Assembly: GCA_050331735.1 (NCBI GenBank)
Contig: JBHJGN010000089.1
Span: forward strand, 1-21,340
Length of the DNA: 21,340 bases
Direction: 5' to 3'
Source of the DNA: Cyanophyceae cyanobacterium
Lineage (GTDB): Bacteria; Cyanobacteriota; Cyanobacteriia; Cyanobacteriales; JBHJGN01
Shown here: positions 7,273 through 16,783 of the stretch, piece after piece
Layout of the letters: every line of letters starts with the position of its first letter
Position numbering within the stretch: position 1 is the first letter of the stretch
Notes under the pieces: model-generated
What the model was told of the DNA's origin: nothing
The model's input: only the letters and a program-made list of their open reading frames with translations
Database searches by the model: none
Made by a program: the position numbers and the translations under genes

Positions 7273-8268
7273 ATGTCTAATCCCTCTAACCAAAGTGATG
7301 GTCTAGACCAACCAAACCGCAGTGCCAAGACGCGCCAACTGTTGGGCATGAAAGGAGCTGCACCTGGAGAAACTTCAATTTGGAAAATTCGGCTCCAGCT
7401 TATGAAGCCGATTACCTGGATCCCTCTGATTTGGGGGGTGGTTTGCGGTGCTGCCTCTTCGGGTAACTATGCCTGGACCTTAGAAGATATCGTGAAATCC
7501 GCTACCTGTATGCTACTGGCAGGCCCTTTATTGGCAGGATATACCCAAACAATCAACGATTTCTACGATCGGGAAATAGATGCCATTAATGAGCCTTACC
7601 GCCCTATTCCATCTGGCGCTATTTCCATTCCCCAAGTGGTTAGCCAAATTCTGGTGCTGCTACTGGGTGGACTTGGCATCGCCTACTTCCTCGACCGCTG
7701 GGCAGGGCATCCTTTTCCCACGATTACCTGTATTGCCCTGGGAGGGTCGCTGCTGGCCTACATCTACTCTGCACCGCCTCTCAAGCTCAAGAAGAACGGC
7801 TGGTTGGGCAATTACGCCCTTGGCGCTAGCTATATCGCCTTGCCTTGGTGGGCAGGACAGGCTTTATTTGGCGATCTCAACTGGAAAATTGCGGTTTTAA
7901 CTCTAATCTATAGCCTCGCTGGGCTGGGAATTGCGGTGGTAAATGACTTTAAAAGCGTTGAGGGCGATCGCCAGCTTGGCTTAAAATCTTTGCCAGTGAT
8001 GTTCGGCGTGAATACCGCCGCCTGGATCTGCGTATTGATGATCGATCTATTTCAGGCTGGGATCGGCGCGTACTTAATTTTTGGGCTGCACGAAAACCTC
8101 TATGGTTCCCTGCTGCTGCTGCTCACTATTCCGCAAATTACCTTTCAAGATATGTACTTTCTGCGCGATCCGCTGGAGAACGACGTAAAGTACCAAGCAA
8201 GCGCTCAACCTTTCCTGGTATTGGGAATGTTGGTCGCTGGTTTAGCCATCGGTCATGCGGGAGTTTAA
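7273..8268 (+). CDS. chlG: Chlorophyll synthase ChlG (UbiA prenyltransferase family)
   Basis: RQLLGMKGA, IRLQLMKPITWIPLIWG, NDFYDREIDAINEPYRPIPSG, NDFKSVEGDR, DVKYQASAQPF. Confidence 0.97.
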   Translation: MSNPSNQSDGLDQPNRSAKTRQLLGMKGAAPGETSIWKIRLQLMKPITWIPLIWGVVCGAASSGNYAWTLEDIVKSATCMLLAGPLLAGYTQTINDFYDREIDAINEPYRPIPSGAISIPQVVSQILVLLLGGLGIAYFLDRWAGHPFPTITCIALGGSLLAYIYSAPPLKLKKNGWLGNYALGASYIALPWWAGQALFGDLNWKIAVLTLIYSLAGLGIAVVNDFKSVEGDRQLGLKSLPVMFGVNTAAWICVLMIDLFQAGIGAYLIFGLHENLYGSLLLLLTIPQITFQDMYFLRDPLENDVKYQASAQPFLVLGMLVAGLAIGHAGV

Positions 8269-8285
8269 CCAGAGAGAGTGCTCGG

Positions 8286-9449
8286 TTAGCTTAACTGCTG
8301 ATAGACTTCAATCATCTGTTGAGCGATTGCCCTCCAGCTATACTGTTCCTGAACTAATCTTCGGGCATTTTCTCCGCGTTCCTGTCTAGCTTGAGAATCT
8401 AAAAGCGCCTGTCGCAACGCGTTCGTGAGCTCTTCCACGCGACAGGGAGTAATCCATCCCGCTTGGCGATCGCTCACCGTCTGCCAAATGTGGACCTGAT
8501 CGGAAATGACGACAGGAGTTCCCACCGCCATTGCTTCTGCCACCGCAATCCCAAAGTTTTCATAGTAAGACGGCAGCACGAACAGATCCGCATCTTGCAG
8601 TAGCCCCAACTTTAACTCGCCTTCTACAAATCCCGTCACGGTTGCTCGTTTGCTCAATGGAGAAGACTGCACCCGCTGCTGTATCGCTCTTTCGTAGTCT
8701 GGATCTTGAGGATTAGCACCCGCCAGCACAAACTGGAAGTCTAACTCTTCTGCCAATTGTTCTAGCGCCGGAATCAGCAAGTCTAGTCCTTTTTTGGGAT
8801 CGATGCGGGACATAAACAGCACTAAAGGTCGAGCGACTGCAATCCCTAAGTGGGCCCGTGCCTGTCCCTGTGGTAGTGGAGGAGAAAGCTGCACTCCCAA
8901 AGGAATGACCACATCTCTAGTGTGGGTGCCAAACCGCTCAGAAATTTTGGCCTCTTGAACGCTGGTAAAATGGATGCCAGCAGCTCCGGCTAAGTTCGGT
9001 TTCTCTAGAAAAACACCATAAAGCTGTTTGAGCCGACGTTTCTTTTGCAAATCTGCCGGATCGAGAGTGCCCAGAGGACGCAGCAGATAGGGAAGCTGTT
9101 GAGAACGGGCTACTGTCGCAGCAGCGGTACTTACCGGGGAAAACAGCGCATGGATATGAGCGATATCGTATTCTTCCGCGTGGCTTCTTAACCATCGCAA
9201 TAAGCCCCAGGAGAACTTGTAGCGACGAAACGGAGAACAGCGAAAATAAATTGTTCGATAGCCGTTCTGTTGAATTGGTTTTTCCAGCGGTACATCGAGC
9301 GGCGGCTGGCCTGCATCTCCATTAGAATCGGTAGTAATCAGCGTTACATCCGCCCCGAGAGTAGCTAACGCCTCAGACAGCCCCAGCACCATCTGGCTAG
9401 GACCACCGTAGACAAGAGAGACAGAAGGAACAATTTGTAAAATTCGCAT
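8286..9449 (-). CDS. hpsP: GT4 glycosyltransferase, hormogonium-polysaccharide HpsP-like
   Basis: MRILQIVPSVSLVYGGPSQMV, LFMSRIDPKKG, SYYENFGIAVAEAMA; last gene of the hpsL-N-O-P run. Confidence 0.8.
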   Translation of the reverse strand: MRILQIVPSVSLVYGGPSQMVLGLSEALATLGADVTLITTDSNGDAGQPPLDVPLEKPIQQNGYRTIYFRCSPFRRYKFSWGLLRWLRSHAEEYDIAHIHALFSPVSTAAATVARSQQLPYLLRPLGTLDPADLQKKRRLKQLYGVFLEKPNLAGAAGIHFTSVQEAKISERFGTHTRDVVIPLGVQLSPPLPQGQARAHLGIAVARPLVLFMSRIDPKKGLDLLIPALEQLAEELDFQFVLAGANPQDPDYERAIQQRVQSSPLSKRATVTGFVEGELKLGLLQDADLFVLPSYYENFGIAVAEAMAVGTPVVISDQVHIWQTVSDRQAGWITPCRVEELTNALRQALLDSQARQERGENARRLVQEQYSWRAIAQQMIEVYQQLS

Positions 9450-9470
9450 GGTGTAGCTGCTAGAGCCTGC

Positions 9471-10643
9471 CTACTGCGTTAACTCCTGATAAAAATCTAG
9501 CTGCTGTCTTGCCAGCGCTCGGTTGGTGTAGTTTTTCATCGCCCTCTCATACCCCATCTGCGCTAGCTGCTGGGTTAGCTGCGGTTGCTCAATTAACTGC
9601 TGGATACAGTGCTGAAGTGCCTGAGCATCCCCTTCGGGAAAGATTAGCCCCGTGTTGCCAATCACGTTTGGGATTTCTCCAGAGTCAGAACCAAGTACTG
9701 GCACTTTACAAGCCATAGCCTCAATGAGGACGTGACCAAACTGTTCTTTCCAGCCAGCAGCGGTGAGGGTTTTGAATTTCGCGGTGGTTTCAGAGGGCAG
9801 CACTAGCGTACTCATGACATTTATGTAGCGGCTTACCTGGTCGTGAGGAACGCTTTCAACGATAATCAGTCGCTCCTCAATTCTTGCCTGCTTGGCTTTC
9901 TCTAAAATAGTCTCTTTCAGCGGACCTCTTCCCAGCAGCAGCAGTTTCCAAGGCAGTGCTAACTCTTTTAAGGCATCAACTAAAGTCAACAGCCCTTTTT
10001 CTTCTACAAATCGACCGACAAAACCAACCACAAATTCATCCGGTTCAATCCCTAGTTTAGAGGCTAACTCTAGCTCAGTACGGGGACAAAATAGCTCTTC
10101 ATCGACCCCTAGCTGCGGCATCACTTTGATCGGACCCCGAAAACCATGCTCCCTGAGAATGTCTGCTCCATCTTGGTTTCCAGAGATGATCCCGTCAGTC
10201 TGCTGCAAATTAAATCTTTCTAGCCAAGAAACGGGAAACTTAGAAGAATAGGGCAAATTCCACCAGGTAAAAAACAGATTTTTCGCCTTCAATCCGAGCA
10301 GTTTGTTGAGAGTAATGAGCTGGGCGTAGCCTAACGCCTTCGCTCCCTGTTCGACTTGAATAATTTGCGGTCGAAACTGCTGTAATAATTGAACGATGTC
10401 GAATCCAAAGGTCAGTAAGCCTTGGTTATTTTGACTAAAGTTCCCTAGGGGCACTACCCGAAAACTGCCGTCACTCCAAGGCTGCGACTCTACGAGCTTG
10501 TTTTGTACACCACCAGGATGCCAGCGCTGAGGAACGACAACTGTCACTTCAGTGTTTGGTTCTAGCTGCGCTAGTTGACGGAGTTTTTCGCAGTTTAGCT
10601 TCACAATATAGGTATGACTGGCAACAAGAATTTTCATCGTCAT
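9471..10643 (-). CDS. hpsO: GT4 glycosyltransferase, HpsO-like
   Basis: MKILVASHTYIV.LNCEKL, FVGRFVEEKG, WKEQFGHVLIEAMAC. Start may be 10637. Confidence 0.8.
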   Translation of the reverse strand: MTMKILVASHTYIVKLNCEKLRQLAQLEPNTEVTVVVPQRWHPGGVQNKLVESQPWSDGSFRVVPLGNFSQNNQGLLTFGFDIVQLLQQFRPQIIQVEQGAKALGYAQLITLNKLLGLKAKNLFFTWWNLPYSSKFPVSWLERFNLQQTDGIISGNQDGADILREHGFRGPIKVMPQLGVDEELFCPRTELELASKLGIEPDEFVVGFVGRFVEEKGLLTLVDALKELALPWKLLLLGRGPLKETILEKAKQARIEERLIIVESVPHDQVSRYINVMSTLVLPSETTAKFKTLTAAGWKEQFGHVLIEAMACKVPVLGSDSGEIPNVIGNTGLIFPEGDAQALQHCIQQLIEQPQLTQQLAQMGYERAMKNYTNRALARQQLDFYQELTQ

Positions 10644-10646
10644 GAT

Positions 10647-11672
10647 TCAACCGCTCACTAATTCCGTTGCCGCTCTTGCGATGATTTCTGTATCTTGCTC
10701 GGTGTAAACCTGCCCGCTGTGCCAGCTTCCCTGAACGGCAGTTTTTACTGCATCCAAAAATCCCAGACCATAGAAGACCCCGCGAGGGAGCACTTTCAGC
10801 GGAGAGCCTCCCTTGTTGCAGGGTGGATTTCCTAATACGTGGCAGTCAAAGAGCTTGGCGTATAGTCGTAGCTGTTGACCTGGGGTGAGGTTTTTGAGCG
10901 CCATCAAAAAGTGGTTGTGATAAAAAGTAATCTGATACTTCAGCGATCGCGTACTAATATCATGACAACCTCCGGTCTCTTCCCCCAGATGGATGAGGTT
11001 TGCTGCTGGATCGTACCAAATCTGATACCCAGATTGGCGCAGCCGTAGGCAAAAATCTGACTCTTCCCGAACGGCACTGCCTCGAAATCGCTCATCAAAC
11101 CAAACCCCATATTGAGTAAAAATGGAGCGTCGAAACGACATATTGCAGCCCCGAGCAGAAATGACTCGCTGCGGCTTAACGGTATGAACCAGATCGATAT
11201 AATACCAGGCAATGCCTGGGTCCATAGCTTGAGCTGGCAGCTCTTCTATCGTGTAAGCTTCCTCGGCATTGGCTTTCGCTGAGTCTGCTAGCTTCATTCG
11301 ATCAAAGACTCGTCCTGCCACTGCACCTACTTCTTGACGCTCATAATTACGAGCATGAGCTTTCAGATAGTCCGCTGGCAGTTTGACGTCATCATCAATA
11401 AAAAGAACGATATCTCCTTGAGCGCGTCGGACTCCATAGTTTCTCGCCCCAGGAAGACTCGCCCAGCTAACCCGGAACCAGTTGATTTTTCCAGCTTGCG
11501 ACAATTGTTCCAGACTTGCTTGGGTCTGAGGCTGGTGGATTGGCGTCTGGTCAACAACCAAAACTTCAAAACTGGGATAGTCCTGCGCTAGAACGTCCTC
11601 TAAAGTTTCTCGTAAAGGCTCTTCCCGCCCATAGGTCGGAACAATGACAGAGATCGAAGGCCAGTTAGTCAT
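10647..11672 (-). CDS. hpsN: GT2 glycosyltransferase, HpsN-like
   Basis: ISVIVPTYGRE, ARNYG, FIDDD (DxD), RGCNMSFRR, REESDFCLR. ATG at 11672 avoids overlap with hpsL. Confidence 0.8.
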   Translation of the reverse strand: MTNWPSISVIVPTYGREEPLRETLEDVLAQDYPSFEVLVVDQTPIHQPQTQASLEQLSQAGKINWFRVSWASLPGARNYGVRRAQGDIVLFIDDDVKLPADYLKAHARNYERQEVGAVAGRVFDRMKLADSAKANAEEAYTIEELPAQAMDPGIAWYYIDLVHTVKPQRVISARGCNMSFRRSIFTQYGVWFDERFRGSAVREESDFCLRLRQSGYQIWYDPAANLIHLGEETGGCHDISTRSLKYQITFYHNHFLMALKNLTPGQQLRLYAKLFDCHVLGNPPCNKGGSPLKVLPRGVFYGLGFLDAVKTAVQGSWHSGQVYTEQDTEIIARAATELVSG

Positions 11673-11688
11673 TGGTTTAATCCTAAAG

Positions 11689-13419
11689 TTACGTACTAGG
11701 ACGATAGGCTGCACGTCGCCTGAATTTCTTCAGACCTCTTCTGGTCGCCTGCGGTATTTTTTCTTGAATAACCTTGAGTTGCTCTTGCCTCTCTAGGGCT
11801 GGCAGTTTTAAAACAACTCCGGCAAAGAACCAATAGTAAACTGCTACCGGATCGGTATCTAGAGGATACCAGTAAGGAAAGAAGCTAATAATTAGAATAA
11901 ATACCCAAAAGCTCGAGCCATAGCTGCGCAGTGTTGATTCATGCACTGAGCGTTGCTTTGTGTAGGTAACGTAGCTTAGATGAGCGACAAAGACCAAAAA
12001 CGCAATCAGCCCCGCATAACCGATCTCATACAGCAGTTTGGCATGAAACGTTTCAATTAGAGCCACTTCGCCAAAGAGACGCGTCGAATTGGTGGCTTTT
12101 CCTAAACCACGACCCAAAATTCCTCTTTGGTTTTCTGCTGCATAAGCGAGTTGATTTTGAATGAAGAGGTGAGGCGGAGAAGCGTTCCAGCGAGCAACGA
12201 AACTGTCAACTCGGCTTTGAACAATGTCTGGATTGTTGACTGCTACAATTCCCAACACCAAAGCCAAGCCAATGCCAATCGGAATAAATCTTTTGAGATT
12301 AGTCACTTGACCAGTCAGAAATAGGAGGGCAACAATGATACCTGGAACTAACGCTAAAGCTAGTCTCTGACCAGAAATAACGGCGTTCATAAAAATTAAG
12401 GCCATCCCCGCTAATCCTCCTATTCGCCAGCGAAAGGACGGATCGCTAAAGGCAGTGGCAAAACAAACCGCTCCATTGGCAACCAAAAACCAAGCCCAGT
12501 GCCAGGGAGAAACAAAGGTTCCCGGCAGACGAATTTGGCCTTGGGAAGGGCTATAGAGCAAAGCTCCTCCCACAAAACATCTTCCCTCCAAACTGGGTCT
12601 AAACAGATCGCCACCGACTGCTCCTCGGGTACCCACGCAGCGACCGCTTTCTAAAAAGGAGTACTGAATTAAGCCAAGAACGCAGCAAATAATTGCGAGC
12701 ACTAAGAGTAGACGACCCAAGAACACGAGCTGCTTTTTGTCTTCCAGCAAATAGTAAGCACAAAAGATCAGAGGAATGTAGCCGAGTAAGACTTTGAGTC
12801 CCGCCACACCATGCAGAAAAGGACTCCCCGACCGACAAGGAATGCTGATGACGATCCCCTGCGAGTCAAGCAGGTACGAACCATCGGGATTGCGGAGAAA
12901 TCTCTCACTGAGGCTACTGCAATCGGGCAGAAATTCCTGGGAACCGTTAACGATAAAAAGCGTTAATAAGCTAGCGAAGAACAGCAGCCCTAAGGTAGGC
13001 AAGAGCTTATTCTCCACCAGGATTGGTCGATTTTTACGCTGACACTCAAGGAGCAATCCCAATAAAGCGGGAATATAGAAAGCATCCTTAGCTAACTGAA
13101 AAGCGGCGTTTCCTCCCCCAATCCAGTAGGTCACGGTTCCGCTAAACGGCATGTAAATGAGAAACGCCCAAACAGCCAGCCGCGGGTATTGAAACGAAAA
13201 TAGCAGCATGGGGACGATCATTGCGATCGCCAAGCCAAACTTCGGTTCGGTAAGGATTGCCAGAGGAAGCCCGCATAACACTCCCAAAAACAGGCCCACG
13301 GCAATCGTCGTCATGACTTTTTGCTGCTTTTCCCGCGCTGCTCTTTTTTGTGCTAAACGCTCTTTATGGCTGAGACGGGGCGGCTCAGGCTGTTTTCCTC
13401 GCTTCTTTGATTTGACCAT
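11689..13419 (-). CDS. hpsL: Polytopic membrane protein HpsL-like (Wzy/O-antigen ligase-like fold)
   Basis: More than 10 hydrophobic segments; IRLPGTFVSPWHW, ISGQR, GRGLGKATNS, ETFHAKLLYEIG and YPLDTDPVAVYYW motifs; heads a run of three glycosyltransferases. Confidence 0.78.
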   Translation of the reverse strand: MVKSKKRGKQPEPPRLSHKERLAQKRAAREKQQKVMTTIAVGLFLGVLCGLPLAILTEPKFGLAIAMIVPMLLFSFQYPRLAVWAFLIYMPFSGTVTYWIGGGNAAFQLAKDAFYIPALLGLLLECQRKNRPILVENKLLPTLGLLFFASLLTLFIVNGSQEFLPDCSSLSERFLRNPDGSYLLDSQGIVISIPCRSGSPFLHGVAGLKVLLGYIPLIFCAYYLLEDKKQLVFLGRLLLVLAIICCVLGLIQYSFLESGRCVGTRGAVGGDLFRPSLEGRCFVGGALLYSPSQGQIRLPGTFVSPWHWAWFLVANGAVCFATAFSDPSFRWRIGGLAGMALIFMNAVISGQRLALALVPGIIVALLFLTGQVTNLKRFIPIGIGLALVLGIVAVNNPDIVQSRVDSFVARWNASPPHLFIQNQLAYAAENQRGILGRGLGKATNSTRLFGEVALIETFHAKLLYEIGYAGLIAFLVFVAHLSYVTYTKQRSVHESTLRSYGSSFWVFILIISFFPYWYPLDTDPVAVYYWFFAGVVLKLPALERQEQLKVIQEKIPQATRRGLKKFRRRAAYRPST

Positions 13420-13493
13420 TCCCCAACTTTTGGATCTTTTCCCTCGATTTTGGCATAGAAATTTGAGAAATCTCAGTCTCTCAACAAAGAATT

Positions 13494-13548
13494 GTTCGGC
13501 GCGGACTCATATATCTTACCGGTAGGATAGGCACAGTTCGCGCCGAAC
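13494..13548. other. 55-nt intergenic inverted repeat / hairpin between glmM and hpsL
   Basis: GTTCGGCGCGGACT (13494-13507) pairs with AGTTCGCGCCGAAC (13535-13548); inner stem TATCTTAC/GTAGGATA. Confidence 0.7.
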
Positions 13549-13605
13549 GGGTCAAGGACATCATGGCAGAATCACTGCTCACTACTGCGCTCTTCAGTCG
13601 TGGAA

Positions 13606-15039
13606 TTATGCTCCCAGATGCTGCTGCACTTCTTGCACAAGCTGCTGACTCCAGTAGCTGGCACTCTCAAACTCAGCCGCTTCGACCATGACACGAATGA
13701 CGGGTTCGGTCCCAGACGCTCGGACTAAAATTCTTCCTGTCTCTCCAAGCGCTGCCTGAGCGCTATCAATGGCTTTCTGCACCGGGTGGCACTCTTGCCA
13801 GCGACTGCGGTTCTCTTCGCTGACGCGCACGTTGCTGAGAATTTGCGGATACGTCTGAAAACTCTGTTCGACGAGCTCTGCCAGCGACGCACCGGCTTGA
13901 CAAATTAAGGCAGTAAGATGTAAAGCCGTTTGAATTCCATCTCCAGAGATGCCGTAATGATGACAAATAATATGACCAGACTGCTCTCCCCCCAACATTG
14001 CTCCCGTTTGCCACATCTGTTCCTGAACGTGTTGGTCGCCAACGGCTGTCCGAATCAGTTGGCCGCCTTCTGCTTGCCAAGCTCGTTCAAAACCCAAATT
14101 AGCCATGACTGTAGCCACAATTAAATTTTCAGGCAGTTGATTGTGTTCCTTGAGGTGCTTCCCCCACAAATAGAGAATGTAGTCTCCATCAACGATTCGT
14201 CCTTGGGAATCAACAGCAATGACTCGATCTGCATCGCCATCAAAAGCAACTCCTAAAGACGCTTGGTGAGTTCTAACGGCGGCTTTAAGCGGCTCTAGAT
14301 GAGTTGAGCCACAGTGAACATTAATGCGATCGCCCCTGGGCTGGTTGTGGAGAGCCACGACTTCAGCTCCTAAAGAGGCAAAAATTGTCGGAGCTAGCTC
14401 CACCGCGGCTCCCCAGGCTAGATCCAGCACAATTCGCATGTTGGTGAAATCCACTTGTGATAGCGAGCGCTTCAAAGCCTGCCCATATTCTGTAACGAGA
14501 GCAGGACGATGACGATACTGACCCCAGTTTGCATTCGTACTAGGGCGAGGAGCGCTATCGGCACTTCTCAACTGTGCTTCGATTTGACCCGTCAAAAAAG
14601 CCGACAACTTCTTGCCGTTTTCGCCAAAAAACTTAATGCCGTTATCTGCTGGCGGATTATGACTAGCGGAAATCATAATGCCCCCGATCGCCTCGGTAAC
14701 GCTTGTAAGGTACGCTACACAAGGAGTTGGGCACAGTCCGAGGTTCCACACCTCCACTCCGGCTGAGGTGAGTCCAGCGGCGATCGCCATAGCGAGCATA
14801 TCGCTGGAAGTTCTTGAATCTTGACCGACAATGACGGGGCCCAGGGCGGTTGCCGACGCCTGGAGAACTTTTCCTGCGCAAAACCCCACGTGGAGAACGA
14901 AGGAGGGAGTCAGCAGCGCTCCGGCTTGACCGCGAATGCCATCGGTTCCAAACAGACGCTTAGGGAGAACCAAAGGCGGTTTCTGAATGGAGAAGTCGGT
15001 GCGTTCGATGGGCTGCTCCCGGAATGGCGATATCGTCAT
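13606..15039 (-). CDS. glmM: Phosphoglucosamine mutase
   Basis: LFGTDGIRG, catalytic MISASHNP, metal loop [32 protein letters not shown] at 15039 preferred over 15060. Confidence 0.93.
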   Translation of the reverse strand: MTISPFREQPIERTDFSIQKPPLVLPKRLFGTDGIRGQAGALLTPSFVLHVGFCAGKVLQASATALGPVIVGQDSRTSSDMLAMAIAAGLTSAGVEVWNLGLCPTPCVAYLTSVTEAIGGIMISASHNPPADNGIKFFGENGKKLSAFLTGQIEAQLRSADSAPRPSTNANWGQYRHRPALVTEYGQALKRSLSQVDFTNMRIVLDLAWGAAVELAPTIFASLGAEVVALHNQPRGDRINVHCGSTHLEPLKAAVRTHQASLGVAFDGDADRVIAVDSQGRIVDGDYILYLWGKHLKEHNQLPENLIVATVMANLGFERAWQAEGGQLIRTAVGDQHVQEQMWQTGAMLGGEQSGHIICHHYGISGDGIQTALHLTALICQAGASLAELVEQSFQTYPQILSNVRVSEENRSRWQECHPVQKAIDSAQAALGETGRILVRASGTEPVIRVMVEAAEFESASYWSQQLVQEVQQHLGA

Positions 15040-15147
15040 AATGCAATCCTCACACAACATTCATTTGACACGTGTTCAACCGTTCATTCTAAAGGCAGTA
15101 AGCTGATTTAGTTTCTTGAAACTCTGTTCCTTGGGCTGCGCTTCACG

Positions 15148-15176
15148 GTTCTGCTAGATCCTAAATCTGGCAGAAC
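15148..15176 (-). terminator. Hairpin downstream of the 99-aa gene (possible terminator or stabiliser)
   Basis: GTTCTGCTAGAT-CCTAA-ATCTGGCAGAAC, 11/12 complementary, 17 nt after the stop codon; no U-tract. Confidence 0.4.
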
Positions 15177-15193
15177 AGTAAGCAAGTCCCTGG

Positions 15194-15493
15194 TTACACT
15201 CCTGCTGCCTGTAGCAGAGGCTGCATCTCTTCCCACGTTAATCCTTGCTGGATATATACAGGTTTTTCTGGATCGTAGGGGCTGGCTACTCTATCTATGT
15301 TCAGGATTTGAGCCCCGTCTGCTAGTACTGGTATCTCGGGGTCAAATGCCGTTGGATTGACAAGAGAGCTAGAAAAGCCTCGAAAAATGGCAATCTTGTC
15401 AAGTTCCCCCTCTGTTTGGGTTGTAACAATCAAAACCTCTTGTGCTCGCTGAGCGGTATACTGCTCCAGTCTTTTCCCGATTGAGTTAGCCAT
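15194..15493 (-). CDS. Conserved cyanobacterial hypothetical protein (99 aa)
   Basis: RLEQYT...EVL...IFRGFSSSL..PTAFDPE.PVL...IDR...PY.P..P.YI..GL.W pattern; starts 5 nt after the upstream gene's stop, suggesting an operon. Confidence 0.8.
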   Translation of the reverse strand: MANSIGKRLEQYTAQRAQEVLIVTTQTEGELDKIAIFRGFSSSLVNPTAFDPEIPVLADGAQILNIDRVASPYDPEKPVYIQQGLTWEEMQPLLQAAGV

Positions 15494-15498
15494 GCTGT

Positions 15499-16089
15499 TT
15501 ACTGCTCTAAGGCAGAACGTCCTTGTTTACCCAGCCGCACTACCACAAAGTAACCGAAGTAGAGAGCATAAACAATTAAGCCCACAAATCCTAAAAATCC
15601 TAAAAATCCGGTCGAGGAGTGAGGGTGAACGAACTGTTTGTAGAGTCGCGGTGCCTCTAGCCAGACTTGACACGCTGGGGTAGCGATTGCTCCATCAAAA
15701 GCGCAAGAAAGAAAGGGGATGGTGAACAGCGCCCCCAAACCACAGTAGATTGTTGCCGCCCAGCGCCAGGCTGTCAGCACCAGCTTCAGCGCACTGCGAG
15801 GCTGTTCTCTGATTTCCTCGTTAATATCTGCCCAAAACCACAGGGACACCGGAATCAGAATTCGCGCCCCAATGCTTACCCAAAAGCTGAAGGGCCAAGC
15901 GAAAATCATCAAATAGACAGCGATCGCTAGCAAACTCGCCACTCGCCAGTAGATAATCAATAGACGCTCAATGGCTTCTGCTCTTTTAACAAATGCCCAC
16001 GCTAGCAGAATAATCGGTGCAATCACCGTAAATAGCACGGCTAATCGGTAGTCTGTCCACACCAAAGGACGAAGCCAGGTGTCTTCCAT
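15499..16089 (-). CDS. DUF3177-like membrane protein
   Basis: LVWTDYRLAVLFTV, IYWRVASLLAI, SLWFWADINEEI and RLGKQGRSA motifs; about 5 TM segments. Confidence 0.8.
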   Translation of the reverse strand: MEDTWLRPLVWTDYRLAVLFTVIAPIILLAWAFVKRAEAIERLLIIYWRVASLLAIAVYLMIFAWPFSFWVSIGARILIPVSLWFWADINEEIREQPRSALKLVLTAWRWAATIYCGLGALFTIPFLSCAFDGAIATPACQVWLEAPRLYKQFVHPHSSTGFLGFLGFVGLIVYALYFGYFVVVRLGKQGRSALEQ

Positions 16090-16218
16090 GGTTCTATTCT
16101 TGAAATTATTTTTTCTAATCTTACAATTTCCAGCAAAGTCAGAGCAGAAAGTCGGCAGCGAGAATTAATCCAAATTTTCACCTCTAAAAATTTCTTGGCG
16201 TTGGCAACACAAGTCAGC

Positions 16219-16263
16219 AAAAAACAAAGCAGTAGAGACTTACCTAAATAAATCTCTACTGCT
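16219..16263 (-). terminator. Rho-independent terminator of cp12
   Basis: Perfect 11-bp stem AGCAGTAGAGA (16228-16238)/TCTCTACTGCT (16253-16263), followed on the minus strand by TTGTTTTTT; about 50 nt after the cp12 stop. Confidence 0.75.
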
Positions 16264-16315
16264 ACTGCTCCCTCACTGTATTGTGACTAGCTTCGTAAGC
16301 TCCATGCTGGAAAGC

Positions 16316-16540
16316 TTATTCGTCGTAAACTCGACATTCGTCAGCATCAGGATTCTCGTCACAATAGCGCTCAAGAGAGGTTTTCTTGGGTTGCCGTTCG
16401 CGTTGGTGCGAGGCCTCCGCCTGTAATTCTTCTACAGAGTCCCAAGCAGCAGCGCACTCAGGAGACGAGTCTCCCGATGTTGAACAGGCATTTCTCGCTT
16501 CTTCGCGCTCTCTTTCGATTTGTTCTTGGATGTTAGTCAT
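16316..16540 (-). CDS. cp12: Calvin-cycle regulator CP12 (canonical form)
   Basis: 74 aa with N-terminal Cys pair, AWDSVEEL core and C-terminal YCDENPDADECRVYDE; SD GAGGAG upstream. Confidence 0.95.
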   Translation of the reverse strand: MTNIQEQIEREREEARNACSTSGDSSPECAAAWDSVEELQAEASHQRERQPKKTSLERYCDENPDADECRVYDE

Positions 16541-16783
16541 AACTCCTCTAATTCCAGCGATTGTTTGATGATTAGGAATCGTTGTTAATCTTATCTATCT
16601 TAACAACAGATTGAGAAGGGGATAACTCTCAAGACGATAAACAACGATTGATTTGAGTTATACCTTGAATAACAACTGAAGTCCCTAAAGTGCTTACATC
16701 TTTGAGTCATTTAAGTCTTCCTCAAGACACAATCTACTCCAGAGATACTTCGGTTTTTGGCGATTTAAGGAGCTGTTATTAAC

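Noticed and set aside
11673..11714. Apparent hpsL/hpsN overlap in the ORF track
   Set aside because: Disappears if hpsN starts at ATG 11672, just before the GT2 ISVIVPT motif.
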